Part shown: one piece after another, positions 17,496 to 31,361 of the stretch
Position numbering within the stretch: the stretch's first letter is position 1
How the letters are laid out: each line of letters starts with the position of its first letter
Source of the DNA: the human T2T-CHM13v2.0 reference genome, Homo sapiens
DNA: 64,000 nucleotides
Direction: 5' to 3' (one strand)
Assembly (NCBI RefSeq): GCF_009914755.1
Contig: NC_060948.1
Notes under the pieces: generated by a model
Told to the model about the DNA's origin: nothing
The model's database searches: none
The model's input: the letters and a program-made list of their open reading frames with translations, nothing else
Position numbers and translations under genes: made by a program

Positions 17496-20400
17496 ACTGT
17501 TAGTGTCATTGCACCTCCTTAAGAAGGAAATCTCAAAGGGAAAGTCCCAACCATCTTTGTTGGTTGCACACCTTAGCAACTTTAGGTATCAGGCTGTGGA
17601 GACTCTGAGCCAACTGGGGGGTGGGGTATGAATCCCCCAGTGCAGCACAGTTGCCCTCCCAAAATGTTGACAGACTGCTGCTTTAAGCAGGTCCTCATCC
17701 TGTTCCTTCTCACTGATTGGGATCTCCCAAGTGGGACCTCTAGCCTCCCTTATGCAAGTTCTTCAGCCAAGAAAGTCTTGACTTTCCCCTGGGACAGCAC
17801 CCCCCGAGTGAGAGTTGGGCTACCATCTTTGTTCTTGGGGTTACTTAGCCAATCCAGCCTTTAGGTTTTGATCATTCTGAGCCTACTAGAGATGAAGGGG
17901 GTCCCTCAGCACAGCACAGCTGCTCTAGCAAAATGTGCCCAGGCTGCTTTTTAAAGCGGATCCCTGATCACATTTCTCTTGGTTGAGCGAGGCCCAATCG
18001 GGCCCTCCAGCCATCCACGGTGGTGTTCTCCAGCCAACAGATATTTGTAATCTCCCTGAAATGGTGCTATAAGAGAGAGTGGTGGGCCACAAATTTAGTT
18101 GTTTAGGTGATTTAACTGTTTCAGACTTCAAGCTCTGAAGCATCTGAGGCAACCAGGGCTGAAGCAAACCCTTTAGCACAGCACAGTTACATTATCAAAG
18201 CGGGGAGATAGCTTTTTAAAGTGGGTCTCTAACCCCATTTTTATTCACTGACCGGGATTTCTCAACCAAGGTATCCAGTCACGTCGTACAGGAGCCTTCG
18301 TGTCAGCAATAGACCTATACCTCCCTGGGATTAAGTTCCCGGAGACAGAAAAAAGGCTGCCATCTTTGCTGTTTTTCAACCTTCTCTAGTGGTACCTCAA
18401 GGTATCACTGTTCAAGAGAACAGTCTGACATGACTAGAGGCTGGAGTGAGCTACAACATATTGCAGCAACCCTGTATAAAAGTAGCCAAACTATTATGTA
18501 ATAGCCCAGTCCTGTACGTCCCATTAGCAGGTCCTCCAGACCTGGGCCTTCAGAGCTAAGTAGAGTCTCTACAGAGTCACACCCTTCAGAGCTATCACCC
18601 AGTAGCAACTTGGCAAATCCCTGGACAGGAGCCTCAAGAAGTAACTAAAAGCCTTCCTGCCACAGCCTGTGCAGTGAAACTGCCCTTGCCACCCTGAAAC
18701 TAACAAAGGAGAAAAGACCCTAAGTGCCTTATCTACACCTCCAACAAACTGCTGTTGACTCAAGGAGAAGCGACCAGTCCATCTCCCATAAGTCTCACAC
18801 ACCCCATATTGCTAATTATCAGACAGAGAATCCCTGGCTTGGTCCTACAACACAAAATATCCTTCCAGGGCTGGTTGCATTGAGAGATTGCTGACCTGCA
18901 TTTCCCTTGGATGGAGGCCCCAGGAAACAACCAAAAGACACTTGACCGCAGTCACTACTATGATCTTTTCTTCTGCTGCCTCCAAGTTGAGGAAGAAATA
19001 AAAACACAGAGATGCCTTCAGGGCAGCACAGTGCAGTGCAGGAATGCAAAGTCATGATCTACACTCAAAAGTTGACAAGGATAAAAATGCATATTTTCAG
19101 ATAATTGAGAGAAAACACAGCTGCAGTTGTGAGAAAAAAAAGGAGAGCCGTATAATTAAGCAAGAGTCTACCAAGTCATCAGTAAGCTCAGGTGCTTCCT
19201 GCTGAATAACATTCCAATCCTTCAACACCAAAATTTTCTCAGTAACATATCCTCTCTAAAACAAGAGACAAGAAACCAGCTTTAAATAAAGACCTCGCAA
19301 AAAGCATTGGTCCAGTGAAATTCAGAATACGTCTATGGACTGTACTCAGTCTACACTACAGTTCAAACAATAACCACATGCAGAAATAAGAAAGAACACA
19401 CAGATGAGCTCTGGTAACTCAAATGGCCAGAGTGTAATATGTCCCTCAAATGACAATGCCAGTTCTCCAGATGGTTTTTAACTATGATCATTTGGCTGAA
19501 TTGACAGAAATATAATTCAGAATATAAATAGAAATTAGGATCATTGAGATTCAGGAAAAACAAAACCCAATCCAAGGAAACTAAGAATCACAGGAAGGCA
19601 ATATAGAAGTTGAAGTACCAAGTAGCTGGTACAATAAAGAACCTAATGTGTCTGTCAGAGCTGTATAACACTATACAAGAATTTCACAATGCAGTTACAA
19701 GAATTAAAGCAGAAAAAAACAAGTTGAGAAAATCACCTCAGAACGTGATGCCTGGGTCTCTGAAATAATACAGTCAGACAATTTTTTTTTTAAGAACAGA
19801 AATGAATAAATAAAACTCTGGGAAGAATGGGATAAACTAAAGAGGCCAACTTTATAAAACATTAGCATTCATGAAAGGGAGGGAAAGAAAGTAAAAAACT
19901 TGAAAAATGTTTTAGAATATTATTCATGAAAACTTCTGCTACTTTGCTAAAGAGGCCAACAGTCAAATTCAGAAAATACAGAGAACCCCTGCAAGATTCT
20001 ACACAAGATTATTCCCAAGACACATAATTATCTAATTTTTTAAGGTCAAAATAAAGGAAAGAATGTTAAAGACATCTAGAGAGAAAGGGTATGCCACCAA
20101 CAGAAGGAATTCAATTAGGATAGCAGCATAACTCTCAGATAAAACCATACAGCCAGAAGAGATTGGGGTCCTATAGTCAACATTCAAAAAGAAAAACTTC
20201 AATCAAGTATTTTAGGTAAAGCCAAACTACGCTACCTATGTTAAAGAGAAATACGATCCTTTTCAGATAAACAAATATTAAGGGAAATTACCTCCACCAG
20301 ATCTACCTCACAAGAGATGTTAAAAATAGAACGAAATATAGAAAAAAACAGATCACTGCCAGGAAATATAAAAACACACTTAAACACACAGATCAGTGTC

Positions 20401-20699
20401 ACTGTAAAGCAACTATACAAACAACAAACATAATAACTCCATTTATGTAACTATGTTTACAAGTTAACAGCACAATGTCAAGATCAGATACACATATTAA
20501 TACTAATCTTACATGTAAATGACCTAAATGTCCCATTTAAAAGGCACAGAGAAGAGTGGCAAGCTGGATAAAATTGCAAGACTCAATTGTATGCTCTTTA
20601 AGAGGGCAATCTCACATGTAATGACACTTACAGGATTAAAATTAGGAAATGGAAGGAAATCTACCAAGCAAATGGATGACACAAAAAAGCAAAACTTGC

Positions 20700-21010
20700 A
20701 GCCTGGAGCGGTGGCTCATGCCTGTAATCCCATTACTTTGGAAGGCTGAGGAAGGCAGATAATGAGGTCAGGAGATCGAGACCATCCTGGTCAACATGGT
20801 GAAACCCCATCTCCACTAAAGTACAAAAGCTTAGCTGGGCATGGTGCTGCAGGCCTGTAGTCCCAGCTACTGAGGAGTCTGAGGCAAGGGAATCACATGA
20901 ACCCTGGAGCCAGAGGTTACATTGAGCCGAGGTCACACCACTGCACCCCAGCCTGGTAACAGAGTGAGGCTCTGTCTTAAATAAATAAATAAAATAAAAT
21001 AAAATTAAAA
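20700..21010 (+). mobile_element. AluS (Sc-like) in L1PA15 ORF2
   Basis: Dimeric Alu with an (aaat)n tail; approximate TSD aaaa(c)gcaaaa. Confidence 0.9.
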
Positions 21011-24000
21011 CGCAAAATTGGCAATTCATATTTCAGAAAAAAAACAGACTTCAAACCAACAAAGATAAAATAAAACAAAGAAGGGAATTACATAATGGTA
21101 AGTAGTTAAATTCAACAAGAAGACCTAACCTTTTTACAGTCTGTTCTTAATATGTGCACCCAAAACAGGAGCATCTGAATTCATAAAACAAGTTCTTAAA
21201 AACCTACAAAGAGACATAGACTCCAATACAATAATAGTGGGAAACTTCAAAACTCTACTGACAGATAAATCATTGAGGCAGAAAATTAATAAAGATATTC
21301 AGAACTGAAATTCTATGTTAAACCAAATTAATCTGATAGATCTTTATAGAACACTCCACCTAAAAGCAACAAAATACACTTTCTTTTCATTGCCACGTGG
21401 CACATACTCTAAAATTGATTATAATTGGGCATAAACCAATCCTCAACAAATGTGAGAAAAAAAATCATACAAAACAGAGTCTTGGACCACAGTGCAACAG
21501 AAACAGAAGTCAAGACTCTGAAAAATTACTCACCATCATGCAATTATACATAAATTAAACAACATGCTTTTGAATGACTTTTAGGCAAACAATAAAATTA
21601 AGAAAGAAATTAAGACAATTTTGAAAATAACTTTAAAAAATTTTAAAAAAGATACAACATCTTAGGATCTCTGGGTCACAGCTAAGTCAGCATTAAGAAG
21701 AAAATTTATAGCACTAAATTCCATATCAAGAATTTAGAAATAAATCAATAATAACACTGACAACTGAAAGAATTAGAGAAACAAGAGTGAATCAACCTCA
21801 AAGTTAGCAGAATGAAATGACAAAAATTAGAACTGAACTGAAGGAAATAAAGGCACAAAAAAATATTTAAGAGATCAATGAATCCAGGAGTTGATTTTTT
21901 GAAAAAAAATAATAAAATGGATAGGCCACCAGTTGGAGTAATAAAAGAAATAGATACAATCCAAATAAGCACAATTAAAAATGATAAACAGAATGTTACT
22001 CTTGAACCCACAGAAGTCAGAACGATAATCAGAATCTACCTCATTACCTCTATGCACAAAAACTAGAAAACCTAGAAGACGTAAACAAATTACTGGACAT
22101 GTGCATCTTCCCAAGACTAAGCAAGGAAGAAAGTAATTTCTTGAACAGACGAATAACAAGCTCCAAAATTGAATCAGAAAAAAATAGCCAGCCGGAAAAA
22201 AAAGTCCAGGACCTGATAAATTCACACCCAAGTTCTACTAGATGTACAAACAAGAGCTGCCACTCACAGTTGAGGAGAAGAAAAATTTTTCCAACTCACT
22301 CTATGTGGCCAGTATTATCTTGATACCAAAACCTGGCAGAGACACAATAAAAACAAAGAAAATTTTAGGCCAACAAACTTAATGAACATCAAGGCAAATA
22401 TCCTCAATAAAATGCTTGCAAACTCAATCCAGTAGCACATTAAGTAACAAACCCAAAGTTATCAAGTAGGCTTCAATACCAGAATGTAAGGTTTGTTCAA
22501 AATGCACAAACGAATAAATGTAATATACCACATAAACAAAACTAAAGACTAAACCCACCTGATAATTTCAATATATGCAGAAAATACTTATAACAAAATT
22601 AAATATCACTTTGTGTTAGTAACTCAATAAACTTGATATTAAAGAATACATTTTTGAATAATAAAAGCCATCTATGACCAACCCACAGACAACATTATAC
22701 TGAATGGGCAAAAGCTAGAACTATTTCCCCTGAAAAACAGCACAAGACAAGGATGCCCTTTGTCACCACCTTTGTTCAATGCAGTATTGAAATTTCTAGG
22801 CTACTGGAACTTCAACAAGAAGTTCTGGGAGTTGAATCCAACAAGCCAAAGAAATAAGCATCAAAATAGAAAAAGAGGAACCGAAACCACCCGTTTGCAT
22901 TTGGCATGATTCTATAACTAGAAAAGCACATAGCCTCAGCACAAAAGCTGCTTTAGCTGATTAACAACTTCAGAAAGTTGCAGATTAAAAAATTAATGTA
23001 CAAAAATCACTAGCATTCTTACACATTAATGACAATGGAGAGCCAAATTAGAAAGGCAATCTCATTCACATTTGCCACAAAACAATAAAATATCTCAGAA
23101 TATATTTAAGAAGGGAGGTGAAAAATCTCTAGAAGAACTATAAAACTCAAAGAAATCAGAGATAATAGAAACAAACAAAAAAAAATCATGCTCATGGATA
23201 AGAAGAAATAATATTATTAAAATGGCTACTTTGTCCAAAACAATTTACAGATTAAATGCTATTTCTATCAAACTATCAATGACTTTTTTTTACAGAACTA
23301 GAAAAAAATATTTAAAAAATTTATTTAGAACTAAAAAAGAGCCAAAATAACCAAGACAATTCTAAGTACAAAGACAAAATTAGAGGCATCACATACTTGG
23401 CTCCAAATTACACTACAAGGCTACAGTAACTAAAACAACATGACACTGGTACAAAAACAGGAACATACACCAATGGAACAAAATACAGAGCCTAGAAACA
23501 CATTTGTACCTCTGTGTCCATTTAATCTTTGGCATACCTAACAACAAATAATGAGAAAAAGAATACTTGTTTAATACATGATGCTGAGATAATTGGCTAG
23601 CCATATGCAAAAAAATAAATAAATAAATTAGACACATTTTAAGACCATAAAAAAATCAACTCAAAATGAGTTAATGACTTAAATGTAAAATCCAACACTA
23701 TAAAAACTCTGGGAGGTAATCTAGACAATTTCATCTTAGACATAGAAATGGCAAAATATTTTGTGACAAAGACACCAAAAGCAAGTGTACCAAAAGTAAA
23801 AATTGACAAATGTCATCTAATTAAAGTAAAGAGTTTCTGCACAGCAAAAGAAACATCATCAGAGTGAACAGACAATCTACAGAATGGGAGAAAAATTCTG
23901 CAAAATACACATCTGTTAAAAATGCACAAAGGACATGAGCAGACACATCTAAAGAGAAGACATACATGGAGCTAACAAGCATATGAAAAAAAGTTTAACA

Positions 24001-24780
24001 TCTCTTGATATGTACTTGTGTGTGTGTATATATATATATAATCATTAGATAAATGCAAATGAAATCCACAATAAGATACCATTTCACACCAGTCAGAATA
24101 ACTATTATTTAAAAGCCAAAAATCAACAGACTCTGGTGACCTTAAAAGAAAATGGAATGCTTATACATTATTGGTCAGAGCGTAAATTATTTTAACCATT
24201 GTGGAGAGCAGTCTGAGGATTACTCAAGCAGCTAAAAGCAGATATGTAATTCAATCCAGCAATCCCATTGCAGGTATATACCTAAAGAAATATAAATTAT
24301 TCTGTTCTAAAGATTCATTCATGAAAATGTTCACTGCAGCATTATGCACAATAGCAGAGATATGGAATCAAATTACATGCTAATCAGTGACAGATTAGAT
24401 TTAAAAATGTGATACATATCCACTATGGATTACTACGCAGCCAATAAAACAAACAATAACTTGCCCTTTGTGGGAAGTGGCTGAGCTGGAGGCTATTATT
24501 CTTAGCAAACTAATGTAGAGTCTGAAGACCAAATGCCACATGTTTTCACTTGTGAGTGGGAGATAAATAGAAAGTACTTAGGAAAACAAAGAAGAAAGTA
24601 GACATTGTGGTGTACTAGAGGGAAATGGGTGAGAGAAAGGAGAGAAGACAAAATAACTACTGGGCATTGGGCTTAATATCTGTGTGATAAAATAATATAT
24701 GCAACAAACCCCTGTAACATGAGTTTACCTGTACAACAGACCTTCACATGTACATTTTAACCTAAAATAAAAGTTAAAAA

Positions 24781-26340
24781 ATTACATATAATGCAATAAA
24801 TGTCAAAATTTCTAATGTTTATGAAATGATAAAAATATTATTAATAAAATATTCATATTGCTTTACATGATCTACAGATCTAAGCCAACTTGTATAATAC
24901 TTCAGTGACATTTTTTACAAAAATAATAATTTTCTAAACAGACAGAAACACACACAAGAAAGAATAGTCAAAAATATTGAAGAACTGAGCTTGTGGATTT
25001 TACAATCTAACTTTAAAATATTCTACAAAGCTATCATAAATAAACCAGCACATAATTTACATTAAACAGACACAAAAATTAATGGAATAGAATGGAGAGT
25101 CATCACATATTTCCATGTATTTTTGGTCAAGTATTTTTGACAAAGTGCCAAGAAGACACAATAGAAAAAGGACAGACTCTTTAAAGTATAAGGTTTGAAA
25201 TTTTGATGTATACATGCAGAACAGTATGATTCTACTCTTATCTCACATTATGTATTATAATAATTCAACTTGTAATTGATTAAAGGCTTAGATATGAGAC
25301 CTGAGTTTGTAAGACTATTAGAAAATAATAGAAAAAACTCCATGAGATTGTATGTGCAATTGTTATTATATATACTGAATAATGGAGGCAACCAAAGCAA
25401 AAATAGAAAAATTAAATTACAATAAACTAAAGAGCTTCAGCACAACAAGGTAAAAATAAATGATAAAGGAAATAATATCCAAATAGAGAAAATATTCACA
25501 ATTCATACTTCTGATAAAAAGTTATCATAATTATTATTAATATTAAGTATTTGTAGGGAACTCAACTAAATAGCAATATTTAAAGTGTGTATTGAACTCA
25601 ACTAAATAGCAAAAATCAAATTATTAATATTATTAATATATTAATTAATATTTTAATTAAAAATGTGTATTGAACTCAACTAAATAGCAAGAAAACAAAT
25701 TATTAATTAAAAAAGGGACAAACAACCCAAATGAAAATCTCTTACAAAATCTCACAGAAATAGCCAACATATATATGAAAAGTGCTGATTAGTACTCATT
25801 AGAAAAATGCAAATTGAAACCATGATTAAATATTACCTTATACAATTTTCAAAAGTTCTTATTTAAAAGACAAAAAAAGTGTTGATGAGGATATGTAAAA
25901 AGTTGAATCCTTGCATACTGCTGGTGGCAATGTAAATTAGCACAGCTATTATAAAAAACAGTTTACAAATTCTTCAGAAATTTTAAAATAGAACTACCAT
26001 AGTATCCAACAATCTCACCACTGGGTATACATTTATGGGAAATAATATTAGTGTGTTGAAATACCTGCACTTTCATATTTATTGCAGAACTATTTGCAAT
26101 GGGTAAGGTGTAGAAAAAGCTCTCTATCAGCAAATAAATATTTATAGAAAATGTGCCATATATATAATACATATATATAATATTCCAATGGAATATTATG
26201 TAAAAGCCTTAAAAGCAGGGGAAGTTCTGTTATTTATGGTAACATGTTGGAACTTGAAAGACATTATGTTAAATTAGAAAAGATGGGTACATAAAGAAAA
26301 ATTCCACAAAATCTCTCTCATGTGAAATGTAAATAACATA
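24781..26340 (+). mobile_element. Old L1M ORF2 C-terminus and 3'UTR
   Basis: Degenerate 'aaactaaagagcttcagcacaac', 'aaaatagaactaccatagtatccaacaatctcaccactgggtatac'; probably the same host as 1-145 and 6487-7160. Confidence 0.7.
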
Positions 26341-26999
26341 TATCATATATATAATTGAAAAATAAAAATTATCAACTGTACAGAAGTCTAACTTCAAATA
26401 GAAAAGCAAAGATACCAGCTTTTAAATCAAGAATTGAGCTATTTTAAGTTACTGAGAAAGATAGCAGTTAGGAGACAGAGCTAATGTGCACCTCACACCT
26501 GGATGGAAAGAACAGTGTGAAGTGTTTGCATCAGAAAACACTGCAGCAATGTACCAAGAAAACAGAAAGAGTTATCAGATCATTTGAAAGAAGCAGCATA
26601 CCACTATGAATTTTACAAGACAGGTTAAAAATGAGTTCCCAAAATATGAGAGGTAAAACAAGAGCTTGCTCTTGAACGTCAGTTGTGTTTTAATGAGAAC
26701 AACTTCATCTTGAATAGATGCCGAGCAATAAGGCTGAGACCTGCTAGGCTGCATTCCCAGGAGGTTACTCCTTTTTAGTCAAAGGATGAGATAGAAAGTA
26801 GGCATAAAGATACAGGTCACAAAGCTCTTGCTGAGAAAACAGGTTGCAGTAAATAAACCAGATAAAACCCACCAAAACCAGGATGGGAATGAGAGTAACC
26901 ATTGGTTGTCCTCACTGCTGCAGTCCTGTCAGTGCCATGACAGTTTACAAATGCCATGGCAATGTCAGGAAGTTACCTCATATAGTCTAAAAAGGGGAG

Positions 27000-27119
27000 C
27001 TGCACCCATGTATACATATGTAACAAACCAGCACATTGTGCACATGTACCCTAAAACTTAAAGTATAATAATAATAATAATAAAAGGTTAAATAAATAAA
27101 TATAAAAAATAAAAAAATG
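27000..27119 (+). mobile_element. Extremely 5'-truncated L1PA3/4-type 3' end
   Basis: 'atgtatacatatgtaacaaacc..ccctaaaacttaaagtataat' plus A tail; TSD aaaaggggag at 26990-26999 and 27120-27129. Confidence 0.9.
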
Positions 27120-27318
27120 AAAAGGGGAGGCATAAATAATCAATGCTTATTTAGAATATAATCAAGAAATAACCATAAAAACAGGCAAGCAGCAGCCCTT
27201 GAGGCTGCTTGGCCTATAGAGTAGGCATTCTTTATTCCTTTACTTTCTTAATGAAGTTGCTTTCATTTGACTGTATGGATTCACCCCAAATATTTTCTTG
27301 TGTGATATCAAGAACCCT

Positions 27319-28401
27319 TATCAGGGGAATCTGCCCCTGATAGTCACATAGGTTCTTTTCTATTTTCCCTAAGTATTGGCTGATCTGAGAAATAAAGGGA
27401 CAGAGTATAAAAGAGAAATTTTAAATCTGGGTGTCCAGGGGAGACATCACATGTCAGCAGGTTCTATGATGCCCCCCAAGCCACAAAACCAGCAAGTTTT
27501 ATTAATGATTTTCAAAAAGGGAGGGAGTTATGAATCTGGTGTGGGTCACAGAGATCACATGCTTCACAAGGTAATAATATATCACAAAGCAAATGGAGGC
27601 AGGGTGAGATCACAGGACCACAGGACCAGGGTGAAATTAAAATTGCTAATGAAGTTTCGGGAATGCATTTTCATTGATAACATCTTATCAGGAGACAGGG
27701 TTTGAGAGCAGACAACCGATCTGACCAAAATTTATTAGGTGGGAATTTCATCATCCTAATAAGCCTGGGAGTGCTATGGGAGACTGGGGCTTATTTCATC
27801 CCTACAGCTGTGACCATAAAAGACAGCCACCCCCAAAGCAGTCATTTCAGAGGCCTACCCTCAGGGACACATCTGTTTCTCAGGGATGTTCCTTGCTGAG
27901 AAAAAGAATTCAATGATATTTCTCCCATTTGCTTTTGAAAGAAAAGAAATATGGCTCTGTTCCACCTGGCTCACCAGCAGTCAGAGTTTACAGTTATCTC
28001 TCTTGTTCCCTGAACATTGCTGTTATCCTGTTCTTTTTTCAAGGTGCTGAGATTTCATATTGTTCAAACACACATCCTCTACAAACAATTTGTGCAGTTA
28101 ACGCAATCATCACAGGGTCCTGTGGTGACATACATCCTCCTCAGCTTATGAAGATGATGAGATTAACAGATTAAAGTAAAGACAGGCATAGGAAATCACA
28201 TGGGTATTGATTGGGGAAGTGATAAGTGTCCATGAAATCTTCACAACTTATGTTCAGAGATTGTAGTAAAGACAGGTGTACAAAATTATAAAAGTATTAA
28301 TTTCGTGTACTAATAAATGTCCATGAAATCTTCACAATTTATTTTCTTCTGTCATGGCTTCAGCTGGTCCCTCCATTTGGGTTCCCTGACTTCCCACAAC
28401 A
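27319..28401 (-). mobile_element. Solo LTR MER11 (HERV-K11/HML-8; B/C type)
   Basis: Minus strand starts 'tgttgtgggaagtcagggaaccc...gctgaagccatgacagaaga'; perfect 6-bp TSD aaccct (27313-27318, 28402-28407). Confidence 0.9.
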
Positions 28402-30373
28402 AACCCTCTCTTGTAGTCTTGATCTGGACCCCTTTCCAGTTAGACAAACACACATCCCAATTGGGGACCCTGAAAATCCAGATTACAAGGGAAGAATTTT
28501 AATCTCACCTAGAGCTTAAATGGATTTAGTGCAAAATATAAAACTAGAAACAGCAGCAAGAATAGCCTTGTAGGCATTCTGATTCTCCAGCTCAAGAACT
28601 GCTCAAAACCATCCTAACTATACCTCACATAGACCTTTAGAGAGGGAAGCAGGTAAAATTTGACAGGGTTCATAGGGTAAAAGAGGCTTCCAACTCAATA
28701 TAATAATATTAACTGGCACAAACTACCAAGAAAATCTGGGAAGTGAAAGGAAACTAATGCAGGAGGAAGCACAGAGTCCAGTGAAATAGGTTAAGGTCAC
28801 TGGTCTCATTGTCTAAGGTGTTTTCTGAGCTTGTTATCTCACAATCAAGAAAACTAAGCAGTGTAGACACAAAGGATGAGGTTGGATAAAATGTTTAAAA
28901 AGTGAAAAAAGAAAGCTCTTTGCAGCCAAGATGAGAACCAGAGTGGGTTGCTGTTTTTACAGTTGAATCCAAGAGATTTTATGAGAAACTCCTCTCATTT
29001 CTGTAGCTGTTTATGTAACTTATAAGGAAGGCTGTCTGTACAAGTCCCCTTTATGTAGTGGTGGATATGTCTCTAGGCAAGCACAAAGGGCCAACTCTCT
29101 TGTTTTTTAAAGTTACAAAATCTTCTTCTGTGAGTTTGTGTTAGGTAAGCCCTGACCTCCCTGTTCAAGTTCCCCTGGAGCCCACCATGTATATGCCTGA
29201 AAACGGAAGGAAACTTTTTCCTGGGAGCCTGCTAATTCCACAAAGAACTAAAGTGTTCTGTGCTGGGCTCTGCTTTCTTCTCTAGCAGATGGAGCCTGAG
29301 TTTTCCCCAGTCTGCTCTATTTTTACCTATAGATGTGATTTTTTTTAGGCAGGTTTCTTCTCTGAGGACTAGCCTTAGTGGACTACCTAACCGATTTTTT
29401 CTTTTCTTCTCCATCATTATGCCCCCTCTCGAGTAGAGACCCTTATCACTCTTTGGGAAATTGAGCACTGATTTTTCTGTCTGTTTCCTGCTGGAGTGGG
29501 TCTCTGTGTGGGAAACAGCATCCAGGATTCCACCCAGGGCTCATTTAAGAATTTTTGGAAGAAAATTATTCCACATTTATGTATGGTTTCATTTGCATTG
29601 CCATGTGGAGCTTGATAGCCTCTAGGTAAAAAAAAAAAAAAAAAAAAAAGGAGGCTATCAAAGACATTTATTAAAATGGGAGAAGGAGGGTAACAACAGT
29701 TCACAAATTTTGAAGCTGCTAACATGCTCTAATTACTGATGGCTATAGTTATTCCTGTTAAGATTTGTGTGTATGGGGCTTGGCTCTGGTTAGCTTCCTT
29801 GGCGTTACTTCCCCAAAAAGAAAACCTCTTGGTTATGGGTACTCTATTTACCTTATTACCTAGCAGGATTTGTAGAATAGTTGCCCAGAACTAGAAGGTT
29901 GTTCCAGATTTTTACATTCCCATCCCTTTCTGTCTCTTTTGAGCTACAGCCAGAGACTGCTGTTTAAAATGTAGTTGGAAACTTAAAAACCAGTAATGAG
30001 ACTACAAATTAATGACAGATGTATGATATGATTGTAAACATAATTTCTCTATCTCTAGTCTTCATTTTTGTTAAAAGCAAATCATAATAGGACTGAGATT
30101 TTTGAAAATTAGGCCTTGGTCTTATGCTTGTTCTGCTTATTTGCATTAAGCACAGCAAGAATACTTATTTTTTACATAGGCCTTTTAGACTGGCTTTGAT
30201 GGAACTCTATTTCATAAAAAATCTAAGATAGGACTTTCTAAAGCTGAACTTAACCATGGATTTGTACCCTCCAATATCTGTGAGTTGGGTAAATTTCTCT
30301 CTCCTTGAGGTCCCAAGAGCACATAGGTTTTCATCCTATTGTAAAGTCACATTCTTTACTCACTGGAGCTTAC

Positions 30374-31361
30374 TGTAGGGTCCAGCCCCAAAGGGTCGGT
30401 GGATTTTCTCCCTGTGTGCAGAGATGAGAGAGTGTAGAAATAAAGACACAAGACAAAGAGATAAAAGAGAAGACAGCTGGGCCTGGGGGGCCACTGCCAC
30501 CAAGATGTGGAGACTGGTAGTGGCCCCGAATGCCAGTCTGTGCTGATATTTATTGGATACAAGACAAAGGGGCAGGGTAAGGAGTGTGAGCCATCTCCAG
30601 TGATAGGTAAGTTCATGTGGGTCAAATGTCCACTGGACAGGGGGCCCTTGCCTGCCTGGCAGCTGAGGCAGAGAGAGAGAGAGAGAGAATTTATGCCATT
30701 ATTTCTGCTTATCAGAGACTTTTAGTACTTTCACTAATTTGCTACTACTCTCTAAAAGGCAGAGCCAGGTGTACAGGATGGAACATGAAGGTGGAATAGG
30801 AGTGTGACCACTGAAGCACAGCATCACAGGGAGATGGTTAGGCCTCTGGACAACTGTGGGTGGGCCTGATGTCAGGCCTTCCACAAGAGGTGGAGGAGTA
30901 GAGTCTTCTCTAAACTCTCCCAGGGAAAGGAAGACTCCCTTTCCCAGTCTGCTAAATAGTGGGTGATTTTCCCTGACACTGACACTACCATTAGACCACA
31001 GTCTGCTTGGCAACAGGAGTCTTACCAGATGCTGGAGTTACCAGTAGACCATGGAGGCCTCTGGTGGCCCTGTCTGGGCATAACAGAAAGCTTGCACTCT
31101 TGTCTTCTGGTCACTTCTCACTATGTCCCCTCAGCTCCTATCTCTGTATGGCCTGGTTTTTCCCAGGTTATGATTGTAGAGCAAGGATTATTATAATATT
31201 GGAATAAAGAGTAATTGCTACAAACTAATGGTGAATGATATTAATATATAATCATATCTAAGATCTATATCTAGTATAACTATTCTTATTTTATATATTT
31301 TATTACACTGGAACAACTCATGCCCTTGGTCTCTTGCCTTGGCACCTGGGTGGTGCCCACA
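30374..31361 (-). mobile_element. Solo LTR13 (HERV-K13/HML-4)
   Basis: Minus strand starts 'tgtgggcaccacccaggtgccaaggcaagagacc..gttgttccagtgtaataaaatatataaaataagaatagttatactag'; 6-bp TSD gcttac/gcctac. Confidence 0.85.

Larger units (their letters stand above)
26677..28446 (+). mobile_element. Solo LTR MER41A-like (interrupted by an L1 tail and MER11)
   Basis: 'ggctgagacctgctaggctgcattcccag', 'gccatgacagtttacaaatgccatggcaatgtcaggaagttac', end 'gatctggacccctttccagt'. Confidence 0.85.

Noticed and set aside
17590-18400. ~265-bp triple repeat as a novel array
   Set aside because: Expected repeated units of old L1PA 5'UTRs; no unique spacers, not CRISPR-like.
26677-28446. MER41 interferon-inducible (STAT1) enhancer
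   Set aside because: A-type structure with no tandem GAS block evident, and interrupted by two insertions.
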